Below the pieces are notes generated by a model. That model saw nothing but the letters and a program-made list of their open reading frames with translations, did not search any database and was not told where the DNA came from. From the IMG/VR virus record IMGVR_UViG_3300020438_000079, positions 1 through 43,029 of that record: a DNA stretch of 43,029 nucleotides. One strand, written 5' to 3'. This document shows positions 1 through 7,539 of this stretch, piece after piece (within the stretch, counting starts at the first letter, position 1; every line of letters starts with the position of its first letter). The DNA is from a virus. Taxonomy: Duplodnaviria > Caudoviricetes. The translations under genes and the position numbers were made by a program.

Positions 1-48
1 TATAATAAAACCAAATCCAATTAAATCCAAATTAATCCGAGGTAATCA
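1..48 (+). promoter_or_regulatory. gp32 leader: possible -10 box, 10-nt periodic AATC repeats and Shine-Dalgarno
   Basis: TATAAT at 1-6 (a -35 would lie outside the window); AATC at 14, 24, 34, 44; GAGGT at 39-43 ahead of ATG 49. Confidence 0.55.
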
Positions 49-939
49 ATGTCGTTTGCTAATCTTAAAAAGCAATCCAAATTGGGCTCTCTTACACAAA
101 AACTTGTGAAAGAAGTCGAAAAAATGAATAATAATGGTGGTCAAGGTGATGACCGTCTATGGAAACTAGAATGTGATAAAGGTGGTAATGGTTATGCCGT
201 TATCCGTTTCCTTCCTGCACCAGATGGTGAAGATCTACCATTTGTAAAACTATACTCCCATGCCTTCCAAGGTCCTGGTGGTTGGTATATTGAAAACTCC
301 CTTACTACTCTTGGTGGTAAAGATCCAGTTTCTGAGTTTAATACTACTCTATGGAACAATGGAACAGACGCAGGTAAAGAGACCGCACGTAAGCAGAAGC
401 GTAAACTTACATATATTAGTAACATCTATGTTGTGAAGGATCCTACTAATCCTGAGAACGAAGGTAAAGTATTCTTATATAAGTATGGGAAGAAAATCTT
501 TGACAAACTAACTGCAGCAATGCAACCTGAGTTTGAGGATGAGGAAGCAATTGATCCATTTGATTTCTGGCAAGGTGCTAACTTCAAGTTGAAGGCAAAG
601 AACGTTGCTGGTTATAGAAACTATGACTCTTCTGAGTTTGCTGCTGTAAGTCCTCTCTTGAAGGATAGTGATGATGATGCACTAGAAGCACTCTGGAAGA
701 AAGAGTACTCTCTTGCAGAACTTGTTGCAACAGATCAGTTCAAGTCTTATGATGAACTTAAGACTCGTCTAAGTTATGTTCTTGGTAACAAGAAAGTTAC
801 TCAAGATGCAGAGACTGTTGATGAGGATAGTGATAGAGGTGAAGCAGAACAGTTAGTAACTGCTGCAACTGCAACTACTCCATCCAGTACAGATGATGAT
901 GAAGCACTTTCGTATTTTGCGAAACTCGCTGCTGAATAA
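49..939 (+). CDS. gp32: T4-like single-stranded DNA binding protein
   Basis: MSFANLKK start, DDRLWK, GNGYAVIRFLPAP, GPGGWYIENSLTT, YKYGKKIFDK, DPFDFWQGANFKLK, YRNYDSSEF, acidic tail ending DDDEALSYFAKLAAE. Confidence 0.97.
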   Translation: MSFANLKKQSKLGSLTQKLVKEVEKMNNNGGQGDDRLWKLECDKGGNGYAVIRFLPAPDGEDLPFVKLYSHAFQGPGGWYIENSLTTLGGKDPVSEFNTTLWNNGTDAGKETARKQKRKLTYISNIYVVKDPTNPENEGKVFLYKYGKKIFDKLTAAMQPEFEDEEAIDPFDFWQGANFKLKAKNVAGYRNYDSSEFAAVSPLLKDSDDDALEALWKKEYSLAELVATDQFKSYDELKTRLSYVLGNKKVTQDAETVDEDSDRGEAEQLVTAATATTPSSTDDDEALSYFAKLAAE

Positions 940-945
940 CACAAG

Positions 946-973
946 AAAGGGGGTCTCACGACCCCTTTTTTTT
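946..973. terminator. Bidirectional intrinsic terminator between convergent gp32 and gp53
   Basis: AAAGGGGGTC-TCAC-GACCCCTTTTTTTT: GC-rich stem, 4-nt loop, T8 tract on +, short A tract upstream serving the - strand. Confidence 0.9.
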
Positions 974-1682
974 ATGAATTAATAACGTTAGTATTTTCTG
1001 TTTTAATTAAGTTATCATTTAAATATTCTGTTGATGTATCATATATCATAATATCTCTAAAGTCATTTAGGAATTGTTGTAAATATTCAGATTTAAGTAA
1101 ATATATAGATGATTTTTTCTCATTTAAACGTGTTTCGTATATGTAATTTGATATTCCTATTCTAACATCAGTTCCACTTTTTGTTCTATTTTCACTGATA
1201 GGTTCTTCATTTGCATTTAAACCTGTAATTTCAGAATATGATAGTGTAAAGTCGGAATCTACAACTTTACCAGCAGGTAAAATTAAATGACCTTTATTAT
1301 CTTTAATTTCTTTTGTTTCATAGAAACGAGTAGAATTTAAATCATTACCATATTTGTCATATGCATAGTTATATAAGTTTCTATTTGATAATGGCCAATC
1401 ATTTCTAACATTTATTATTCCACTGGTATTCTCAGGACCATTTGCACACATTAAAACAATCCAATCTAATTCATCACTACCATAGTAATCTTCTGCTACA
1501 TTTTCTGGTCGATATCCCTCAGGTATTTGATATTTTGTGAATAATGTAAAAACACTTTGTAGATCATCTCGTAATTTTGCTCTACGAAATAGATTTTTCA
1601 CTTCAATATAATCCAAAGAAGAATTTTTGGATGGTAAGAATGATTGATATAATAAATTTGGAAGTTCTCTAAAATATCCCAT
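972..1682 (-). CDS. gp53: Baseplate wedge subunit (LysM-like segment)
   Basis: MGYFRELPNLLY, VKNLFRRAKLR, YQIPEGYRPENVAEDYYGSDELDWIVL, WPLS, YETRLNEKK...IYLLK; synteny gp32/gp53/gp48. Confidence 0.88.
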   Translation of the reverse strand: MGYFRELPNLLYQSFLPSKNSSLDYIEVKNLFRRAKLRDDLQSVFTLFTKYQIPEGYRPENVAEDYYGSDELDWIVLMCANGPENTSGIINVRNDWPLSNRNLYNYAYDKYGNDLNSTRFYETKEIKDNKGHLILPAGKVVDSDFTLSYSEITGLNANEEPISENRTKSGTDVRIGISNYIYETRLNEKKSSIYLLKSEYLQQFLNDFRDIMIYDTSTEYLNDNLIKTENTNVINS

Positions 1683-1684
1683 GT

Positions 1685-2953
1685 TTAGTACCCTACTGTG
1701 CTATCTGAATCATAACCTCTTTCATCAAAGTAATCATTATCATAAATTGGTTCAAGTTCTTTAAATGTTAAATCCATAGTCATAGATATTGGTTCTTTAT
1801 TTTCATAGGTTGCATAAACACCTTCTGCAGTATAATTAACTGATATATCAGTCAAGAAACATTGTTTAAATTTGTGTAAGAATGGGTGATTTCTAAATCC
1901 ACTCTTATATCTCAATTCAAATACGTTTGGAGTATTTAGAAATAAATTTGCACCAGAACCAGTTACTTTGGGTGCCATATTCATTTTGAAAGTTCTTATA
2001 ATTAACTTACATTGTTCTGCTTCCTTTTCACTTCTAGGAGTCATTTTAAATGAGAATCTAAAATTTCTTAATGTAGGACCATTAAACAATAATTCCATAT
2101 TAGGGTTTAATACTTGTCCTTGTTCTCTTGCTAATAATTGATTAATTGATACGTTACCACCAAGTATACTAGTTGCACTTGCTGCTAATTTTTTAGTAAT
2201 TAATGATTTAGCAGAATCTACAGTTAAACCAGAACTTGCTAATGCATTGTTTAACGAATCTTTACTTGCTTGACCTGCTTCGGTAAGTTGACCTTTACCT
2301 GTTGCTTCACCTACTTTTGTCATAAGATCAGATATTCCACCAGCAGCAGCACCAACAAGACTATTCATACTACTCTCACCATAAGAAGCAGAATTACCAT
2401 CTTGAATTTGGGATGGTATTTGTAATAGTACAGTTCCTTGATTAACCAAAGATTGAGTTGCTGTAAAACCACGAACTGGTGATCTTCCAGAAAGTTTTCT
2501 ACTACCAACAGAACTTACTAGTCCACCACTTTTTTCTTTTACTGGAACGTATTTTGTAATATCAATTTGTAGATAATCAGTGGAATCCGTCATTGCTTCT
2601 AACGGATATCTTAATAAACCACCTCGATCTCTTATATTAGATTGTTTATGTGCTTCTGTTGAACCACTAGCATTTTTACCATAATCAGATGATGTTATAG
2701 TACCTGTTTTTTCATTATTATTACTACTACTTTCATTTCCTGCTTCCATTCTTCTTTTAGCAGCAGCTCTACCCATTTGTCGTTTATTTGGGTCTACTGT
2801 ATATTTTTTATCCCATGCACCAGGATTAGGTTTTTTTCTACCTGAAATAACATTATTCTTGCTAAACTTATCTGGGTTTTCTGCTCTATTTGCAGCAGAT
2901 CTTTCCTGTTGTGCTTGTTTATTTTTGTTTCTTTGCCTTGCTCTATTCGACAT
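1685..2953 (-). CDS. gp48: Baseplate tail-tube cap with long basic N-terminal extension
   Basis: LRYP, DYLQI, LNPNMELLFNGPTLRNFRFSFKMTPRSEKEA, CFLTDISVNYT, MDLTFKELEPIY. Confidence 0.88.
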   Translation of the reverse strand: MSNRARQRNKNKQAQQERSAANRAENPDKFSKNNVISGRKKPNPGAWDKKYTVDPNKRQMGRAAAKRRMEAGNESSSNNNEKTGTITSSDYGKNASGSTEAHKQSNIRDRGGLLRYPLEAMTDSTDYLQIDITKYVPVKEKSGGLVSSVGSRKLSGRSPVRGFTATQSLVNQGTVLLQIPSQIQDGNSASYGESSMNSLVGAAAGGISDLMTKVGEATGKGQLTEAGQASKDSLNNALASSGLTVDSAKSLITKKLAASATSILGGNVSINQLLAREQGQVLNPNMELLFNGPTLRNFRFSFKMTPRSEKEAEQCKLIIRTFKMNMAPKVTGSGANLFLNTPNVFELRYKSGFRNHPFLHKFKQCFLTDISVNYTAEGVYATYENKEPISMTMDLTFKELEPIYDNDYFDERGYDSDSTVGY

Positions 2954-2974
2954 TATCGACCTTATATATTAATT

Positions 2975-3322
2975 TTAACTATTTAGACGTATTTTTGCAT
3001 AAGGAATAGAACGTAAAGATTGCATCTCTTCCGAATTGACTATATGTAGGTTTCCTACCATCTCTTGCCATGTATATTGTCTAACATTTCCCCAATGAAA
3101 ATTCAATCCTTTGAATCCCCAGTTAAACACATCTGTAACTGCAACTAGAGGAAATTCATCATATTGAATACCTGATGTTTTTGGTTGATATACAAAGGTA
3201 TAATAGTTTCCTGCTTCAGGAACTCCTTCTGCTTCGGGTAGTGCTTCTAGTATTTCTAGCATTAAATCATCAGGACTTTCAATTCCTAACATATTTTGTT
3301 TTATACTTGAAATTCTATCCAT
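2975..3322 (-). CDS. Short gp2-like (DNA end protector family) protein
   Basis: YTFVYQPKT...YDEFPLV...GFKGLNFHW resembles the gp2 core (FxYDPK...YDxFPLV...GFxGLNLHY); coupled to gp4 by a TAATG overlap at 3322. Confidence 0.6.
   Translation of the reverse strand: MDRISSIKQNMLGIESPDDLMLEILEALPEAEGVPEAGNYYTFVYQPKTSGIQYDEFPLVAVTDVFNWGFKGLNFHWGNVRQYTWQEMVGNLHIVNSEEMQSLRSIPYAKIRLNS
2980..2986 (-). promoter_or_regulatory. T4-type late promoter (CTAAATA) for gp48-gp53
   Basis: TATTTAG on + reads CTAAATA on -, about 27 nt upstream of the gp48 ATG; the same variant recurs at 3760, 3790 and 29668. Confidence 0.6.
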
Positions 3323-3759
3323 TACTTAATACCTAGTTCGTTTTCTGTTAATACTTTAAATTCTAATTTACGATCCTTACAATATTCTGTTGCTGCTTCC
3401 CATTTTGCTTGGTTCTTTGCATACTCACATACTTCACGAATGTATGATTTAGTTTTTCTTTTCTGCACCTTTGGTTCTATACATTGTTTTTTTGGTTTAA
3501 TCTCAATTACATATTTTTTAATTTGCCCATTATTTTCTCGTACCTTAATATAGAAGTCTGGAAAGTATCTATGAGCACGATTATCTATGGGAGATATATA
3601 ACGAATGAAAAATTCTTCGCTTCCCCATTCTAAAATATTTTGATTACTATCACAATATTTCATAAATTTAAGTTCCCATAAAGAACGGTATATTATATTG
3701 GTATAATCACCTCTATACTTCTTAGGAATGCTTGGTCTGAATTTTCCTTTATAAGCCAT
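3322..3759 (-). CDS. gp4: Head completion nuclease (TnsA-like PD-(D/E)xK)
   Basis: MAYKGKFRP, YRSLWELKFMKYCD, WGSEE, HRYFPDFYIK, IEIKPKKQ, NQAKWEAA, LTENELG. Confidence 0.93.
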   Translation of the reverse strand: MAYKGKFRPSIPKKYRGDYTNIIYRSLWELKFMKYCDSNQNILEWGSEEFFIRYISPIDNRAHRYFPDFYIKVRENNGQIKKYVIEIKPKKQCIEPKVQKRKTKSYIREVCEYAKNQAKWEAATEYCKDRKLEFKVLTENELGIK

Positions 3760-3766
3760 CTAAATA
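3760..3766 (+). promoter_or_regulatory. Late promoter CTAAATA driving the rightward hub operon
   Basis: CTAAATA 31 nt upstream of GTG 3798. Confidence 0.65.
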
Positions 3767-3789
3767 GAAATAATATAAGACTCGTAAGG

Positions 3790-3796
3790 TATTTAG
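3790..3796 (-). promoter_or_regulatory. Late promoter CTAAATA driving gp4 and the gp2-like gene
   Basis: TATTTAG on +, 30 nt upstream of the gp4 start codon. Confidence 0.65.
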
Positions 3797-3797
3797 A

Positions 3798-4406
3798 GTG
3801 GCAAAGGGTATAGTACAAAGAATCACAATGTCAGAAGTCAAGGAGAAACTTGGTAGACTGTCGTTGACGAATCAATATCAAGTTCATTTTTCAAATCTTA
3901 ATCAAACGGTAATGAATTATCTTCAAAGACTTGGAATTGATAATGCTAGAAATTACTTATCTAGAGATTTGGGAATTCTTTGTTCTGATGCATCATTACC
4001 TGCGAGTGCATTTGCAACAGGAGAAGTAAAGGATAATTTTATGGGTGTTCCTCAGGAGTTTGCTCATACTCGTTTATATACTGATATTGATTTTACTTTT
4101 TATGTGGATGAGGATTATACATCTCTAAGTATTTTTGAAGGATGGATGGATTATATTTCTAGTGGTGCAGATGTTGATCCTGATCAAAAGGCATTTTATA
4201 GAAGATTTAAATATCCAGATGATTATAAATGCAATACAATGACAATTACTAAATTTGAAAAGAACATTGAAAGAACTTTAATGTATGAATTTAAGAATGC
4301 TTTTCCTAAATCAATTACATCTCTACCTGTTACATATGGAACAGCAGATTTAATGAAAGTTACAGTTAGTTTTAATTATGATAGATACACTGTAACAAGA
4401 AGTTAA
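3798..4406 (+). CDS. Tail-tube-fold baseplate protein (gp54/gp19-like tube initiator)
   Basis: LCSDASLP, IDFTFYVD, FEGWMDYI, YPDDYKC, YEFKNAFPKSI, VTVSFNYDRY are tube-family motifs; GTG start. Confidence 0.75.
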   Translation: MAKGIVQRITMSEVKEKLGRLSLTNQYQVHFSNLNQTVMNYLQRLGIDNARNYLSRDLGILCSDASLPASAFATGEVKDNFMGVPQEFAHTRLYTDIDFTFYVDEDYTSLSIFEGWMDYISSGADVDPDQKAFYRRFKYPDDYKCNTMTITKFEKNIERTLMYEFKNAFPKSITSLPVTYGTADLMKVTVSFNYDRYTVTRS

Positions 4407-4415
4407 AATTACCCC

Positions 4416-4423
4416 TATAAATA
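4416..4423 (+). promoter_or_regulatory. Consensus T4 late promoter TATAAATA
   Basis: Exact TATAAATA in the intergenic gap, 24 nt before the gp26 ATG. Confidence 0.85.
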
Positions 4424-4447
4424 AATTTACTGAAGTGTGAAAACATT

Positions 4448-5170
4448 ATGCCATTACCAAAGATTAATACTCCAACTTATGAGTTAGTTATTCCTTCTAC
4501 TGGAAAAAAAATTAAATATCGTCCTTTTCTTGTAAGAGAAGAAAAAATACTTATTCTTGCATTAGAAACGGAAGATACTGGACAAATAGCAAATGCTGTT
4601 GTTGAAATATTAAATGAGTGTATTCTTACAAAGGGAGTTGATGTTACTAAACTTGCTACTTTTGATATTGAATACTTATTCTTAAATGTTCGATCAAAGT
4701 CAGTTGGTGAGACTGTTGAAGTTAATTTGACTTGTCCAGATGATGATAAAACATCTGTTGAAATGGAAATTAATATTGATGCCATTAAAGTTCAAAAGAC
4801 CAGAGGGCATAAGAATATTATTAAACTTGATGATCAATATTCTATGAAACTTAAGTATCCATCATTTGATCAATTTATTGAAAGTAATTTTGATACTGGT
4901 AATGACACTAGTGATGTTGATAAATCATTGAATATGATTACTAATTGTATTGAAATGATTTATGATGAAGAAGAGAGTTGGGATGCTTCTGATTCAACTA
5001 AAAAAGAACTGGAAGATTTCATAGAGCAATTGAATAGTAAACAGTTTAAAACTATTGAAAAGTTCTTTGAGACAATGCCTAAACTTTCTCATAAAGTTAA
5101 GGTAACAAATCCAACTACTGAGGTCGAATCTGAAGTTGTATTGGAGGGACTAGCAAGTTTTTTCACCTAA
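4448..5170 (+). CDS. gp26: Baseplate hub subunit/assembly protein
   Basis: MPLPKINTPTYEL, YRPFLVREEKIL, FDIEYLFLNVRSKSVGE, MKLKYP, FFETMPKL, LEGLASFFT. Confidence 0.92.
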   Translation: MPLPKINTPTYELVIPSTGKKIKYRPFLVREEKILILALETEDTGQIANAVVEILNECILTKGVDVTKLATFDIEYLFLNVRSKSVGETVEVNLTCPDDDKTSVEMEINIDAIKVQKTRGHKNIIKLDDQYSMKLKYPSFDQFIESNFDTGNDTSDVDKSLNMITNCIEMIYDEEESWDASDSTKKELEDFIEQLNSKQFKTIEKFFETMPKLSHKVKVTNPTTEVESEVVLEGLASFFT

Positions 5171-5200
5171 GTATGGCTCATACAAGTCTTGAGTCATACT
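5143..5200 (+). promoter_or_regulatory. Candidate -1 programmed ribosomal frameshift signal (gp26 into gp51-like ORF)
   Basis: GGAGGG 5143-5148; slippery T TTT TTC 5158-5164 in the gp26 frame; hairpin AGTATGGCTCA 5170-5180 / TGAGTCATACT 5190-5200; the -1 frame is open into ATG 5173. Confidence 0.72.
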
Positions 5201-5346
5201 ACAAGGTAAACTTTGCCTTGATGCAACACCATAAATACTCATTAACAGAGATAGAAAATATGATGCCTTGGGAAAAGGAAGTTTATGTTACTTTATTAAA
5301 ACAGTATATCGACGAAGAGAATCTGAAACAAAGTGCCGACAATTAA
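5173..5346 (+). CDS. gp51: Baseplate hub assembly catalyst-like ORF, 57 aa, missing from the supplied track; probably the C-terminal part of a frameshift fusion
   Basis: Manual translation: MAHTSLESYYKVNFALMQHHKYSLTEIENMMPWEKEVYVTLLKQYIDEENLKQSADN*. NFALMQHHKYSLTEIENMxPWE is the conserved cyanophage gp51-like motif. Confidence 0.9.
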   Translation: MAHTSLESYYKVNFALMQHHKYSLTEIENMMPWEKEVYVTLLKQYIDEENLKQSADN

Positions 5347-6664
5347 CCCAGAAGTATTACCTTCTAACGTAAAACTAAATGTCACTAACATGAAAACCAT
5401 CTTTGGTGGTGGTGGAAAAGGTGGTGCGATTGTTCCGAAGAAAGGTGGTGCTATTGCTCGTAGTGGTGGTGCTCTTAGTACTGAAAAAGTATTTCAATTA
5501 AATGATTTTGATCCTTTAGAAAAAAGGGTTGCTGCGAATGAAAAGAAGATTACTCTTTTGAAGAATGTTTTAAAGGCACAAAAACCTTTTGGTGGTAATG
5601 AAGATAAGTTAGCAGAAATAAATTCTACTATTCAAGATATTGGTAATGCATTATCATTAGATTTTGCTAATAGAATTAGTGAACAAGATGCCGAAAATAA
5701 GTTAAAGAAAAAAGAAAACGAAGAAAGGAAAAAAAATCTTGCTGAGAAAAGTTTAGAAGGAATAAAGGGTGCAGGTAAAGGTTTAGGTGCAGGTATCAAG
5801 GGAGTAGCAGCTAGTGTTGTTTCTCCATTTAAAAATGTTTTTGATAGGTTAATTAGTTTTGTTACGTTATTAGGTGCTGGTATTGCTGGTAATGCTGCTG
5901 TTACTTTCTGGCAGAATTTAGATCCAGCATGGAAAGATAGAATAAGTGGTGCTTTTAGTTTCCTAGCAAAACATTGGAAATGGCTTGCTGCTGGTGCTGG
6001 TATATTTCTTTTATCAAAAGTTGTAAAAAAAGTAAGACAACTTTTTAAAGTTATAAGGGGTCTTGGAAAAGGTGCTGTTGCAGCATTTAAAGGATTAAAA
6101 TCAATATTTAAACATGGTATAAAAAAAGCTGGAAAACGTGCAATAATTAAAGCAGGTGGAAAATCTATATTTAAGAGTACTTCTAAAAAAGTAGCATCTA
6201 AGGTTACTAGTAAGGTTGCAACAAAAACAGCAACTAAGGTTGCAGCAAAAGGAGCAACAAAAGCAATAGGAAAGAGTGTTCTTAAAAAGATTCCTTTTAT
6301 TGGATTAGGTGCAGGATTACTATTTGCTGGACAAAGAGCACTGGCAGGTGATTTTACTGGTGCTGGTTTGGAGTTAGCATCTGGTGCAGCATCAATGGTA
6401 CCTGGTGTTGGAACTGGTTTATCAATAGCAATTGATGCAGGAACTGTTGCAAGAGATATTAATCGAGCAAAAAATGCAAATGAAGTTCCAGATTTGACAG
6501 TTGATGAAACAAAGGTAGTGGTAGAAGATTTGCCACCTGTTAAAGTTAAACCACCAGAAAAGAAAGTTCCAGCACCAGAATCAACAGAAGTTACTTTTAT
6601 TAGTTCTATTAATCCTTTGAATGAATATATGACTTTAACACCAGCATTACACGGGATAGTATAA
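5333..6664 (+). CDS. Putative tape-measure/hub-associated protein with coiled coil, hydrophobic and K/A/G-rich segments
   Basis: Position after gp26/gp51; helical N half; hydrophobic FVTLLGAGIAGNAAV and WLAAGAGIFLL; KKIPFIGLGAG...VPGVGTGLSIAID block. Start uncertain (GTG 5333 or ATG 5390). Confidence 0.55.
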   Translation: MPTINPEVLPSNVKLNVTNMKTIFGGGGKGGAIVPKKGGAIARSGGALSTEKVFQLNDFDPLEKRVAANEKKITLLKNVLKAQKPFGGNEDKLAEINSTIQDIGNALSLDFANRISEQDAENKLKKKENEERKKNLAEKSLEGIKGAGKGLGAGIKGVAASVVSPFKNVFDRLISFVTLLGAGIAGNAAVTFWQNLDPAWKDRISGAFSFLAKHWKWLAAGAGIFLLSKVVKKVRQLFKVIRGLGKGAVAAFKGLKSIFKHGIKKAGKRAIIKAGGKSIFKSTSKKVASKVTSKVATKTATKVAAKGATKAIGKSVLKKIPFIGLGAGLLFAGQRALAGDFTGAGLELASGAASMVPGVGTGLSIAIDAGTVARDINRAKNANEVPDLTVDETKVVVEDLPPVKVKPPEKKVPAPESTEVTFISSINPLNEYMTLTPALHGIV

Positions 6665-6668
6665 TATT

Positions 6669-7529
6669 ATGGCAACTGTTAAACTCCAAGATAGGGAAAT
6701 CAAAAAACTTAAGATAACTGTAACCAATATTAAAAGTGTTTTGCTTGAAAAGAATAAAGAATTAAACAAGGTTAAATTATCTAAAAAACGATTAGCTAAT
6801 GCTGCTTTGCAATTAGAAAGAAAAGAAGCAAAGGAAAAGAGTGTAGAAGGAGTTAAAAAAACTTCTCCACTTACTAGTTTTTCTAAAAAAGCAGGTGCTG
6901 CGACTGGTAATATAATTGATAAGATATTGTCTTTTGGATCGATTATTTTAGGTGGAATTCTTGTTAATGCATTGCCTGGATTTATCAAAAAGTTTAATGA
7001 GATATGGGAGAGTATTAAACCTTTTATTGATGGTGTTAATTCTGCTATTAAAAATATATTTAATTTTGTTGGTGGTATTACTGAATCTGTAAAGAACTTC
7101 TTTGGAATTACAGAGAAAACAAAAATAGATGATACTGCACAGAAGGAGTTAGAAGGTGAACTTAAAGCATTAGAAAAAGAATCTGATATTGATATTAATA
7201 GTCTTTCTAAAGAAGCTGGTAAAGAAATTAAACTTGATGATGAAGGTAATTTAATTGAAGGTGAAGATGTTATGAGTGAGACTGATATTCCCGCAGAAGA
7301 AACTAGTGATACTTCTAGTGATACTCAAAGTGAATCTGATTCTACCGCAGATATATCTAAGATGATTGATTCTGTTCCTTCAAAAGGAGGAGGAGTAAAA
7401 CCAAATCAAGCTCAGTTTAAACGTATAAATAACAATCAGGATTTAGCTAAATTAAATCAAAGAACATCTACGGGACCTAAGACTGTGATTGTGCAGAGAC
7501 AAGTTGTTGAAGTACCAGTACCAGTATAG
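6669..7529 (+). CDS. Coiled-coil virion protein, apparent paralog of 5333-6664
   Basis: KEKSVEGVK...IDKILSFGSIILGGILVN mirrors AEKSLEGIK...FDRLISFVTLLGAGIAGN; acidic C half. Confidence 0.55.
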   Translation: MATVKLQDREIKKLKITVTNIKSVLLEKNKELNKVKLSKKRLANAALQLERKEAKEKSVEGVKKTSPLTSFSKKAGAATGNIIDKILSFGSIILGGILVNALPGFIKKFNEIWESIKPFIDGVNSAIKNIFNFVGGITESVKNFFGITEKTKIDDTAQKELEGELKALEKESDIDINSLSKEAGKEIKLDDEGNLIEGEDVMSETDIPAEETSDTSSDTQSESDSTADISKMIDSVPSKGGGVKPNQAQFKRINNNQDLAKLNQRTSTGPKTVIVQRQVVEVPVPV

Positions 7530-7539
7530 GAGGATATAA

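Noticed and set aside
3322-3759. TnsA-like nuclease as evidence of a transposon or homing endonuclease
   Set aside because: Motifs and synteny identify the core T4 head-completion protein gp4. There are no terminal repeats or transposase partners.
5405-5476. GGA(I/L) triple repeat and GGT runs here and in other Gly-rich tracts
   Set aside because: These are simple coding low-complexity linkers with no evidence of an independent DNA-level role.
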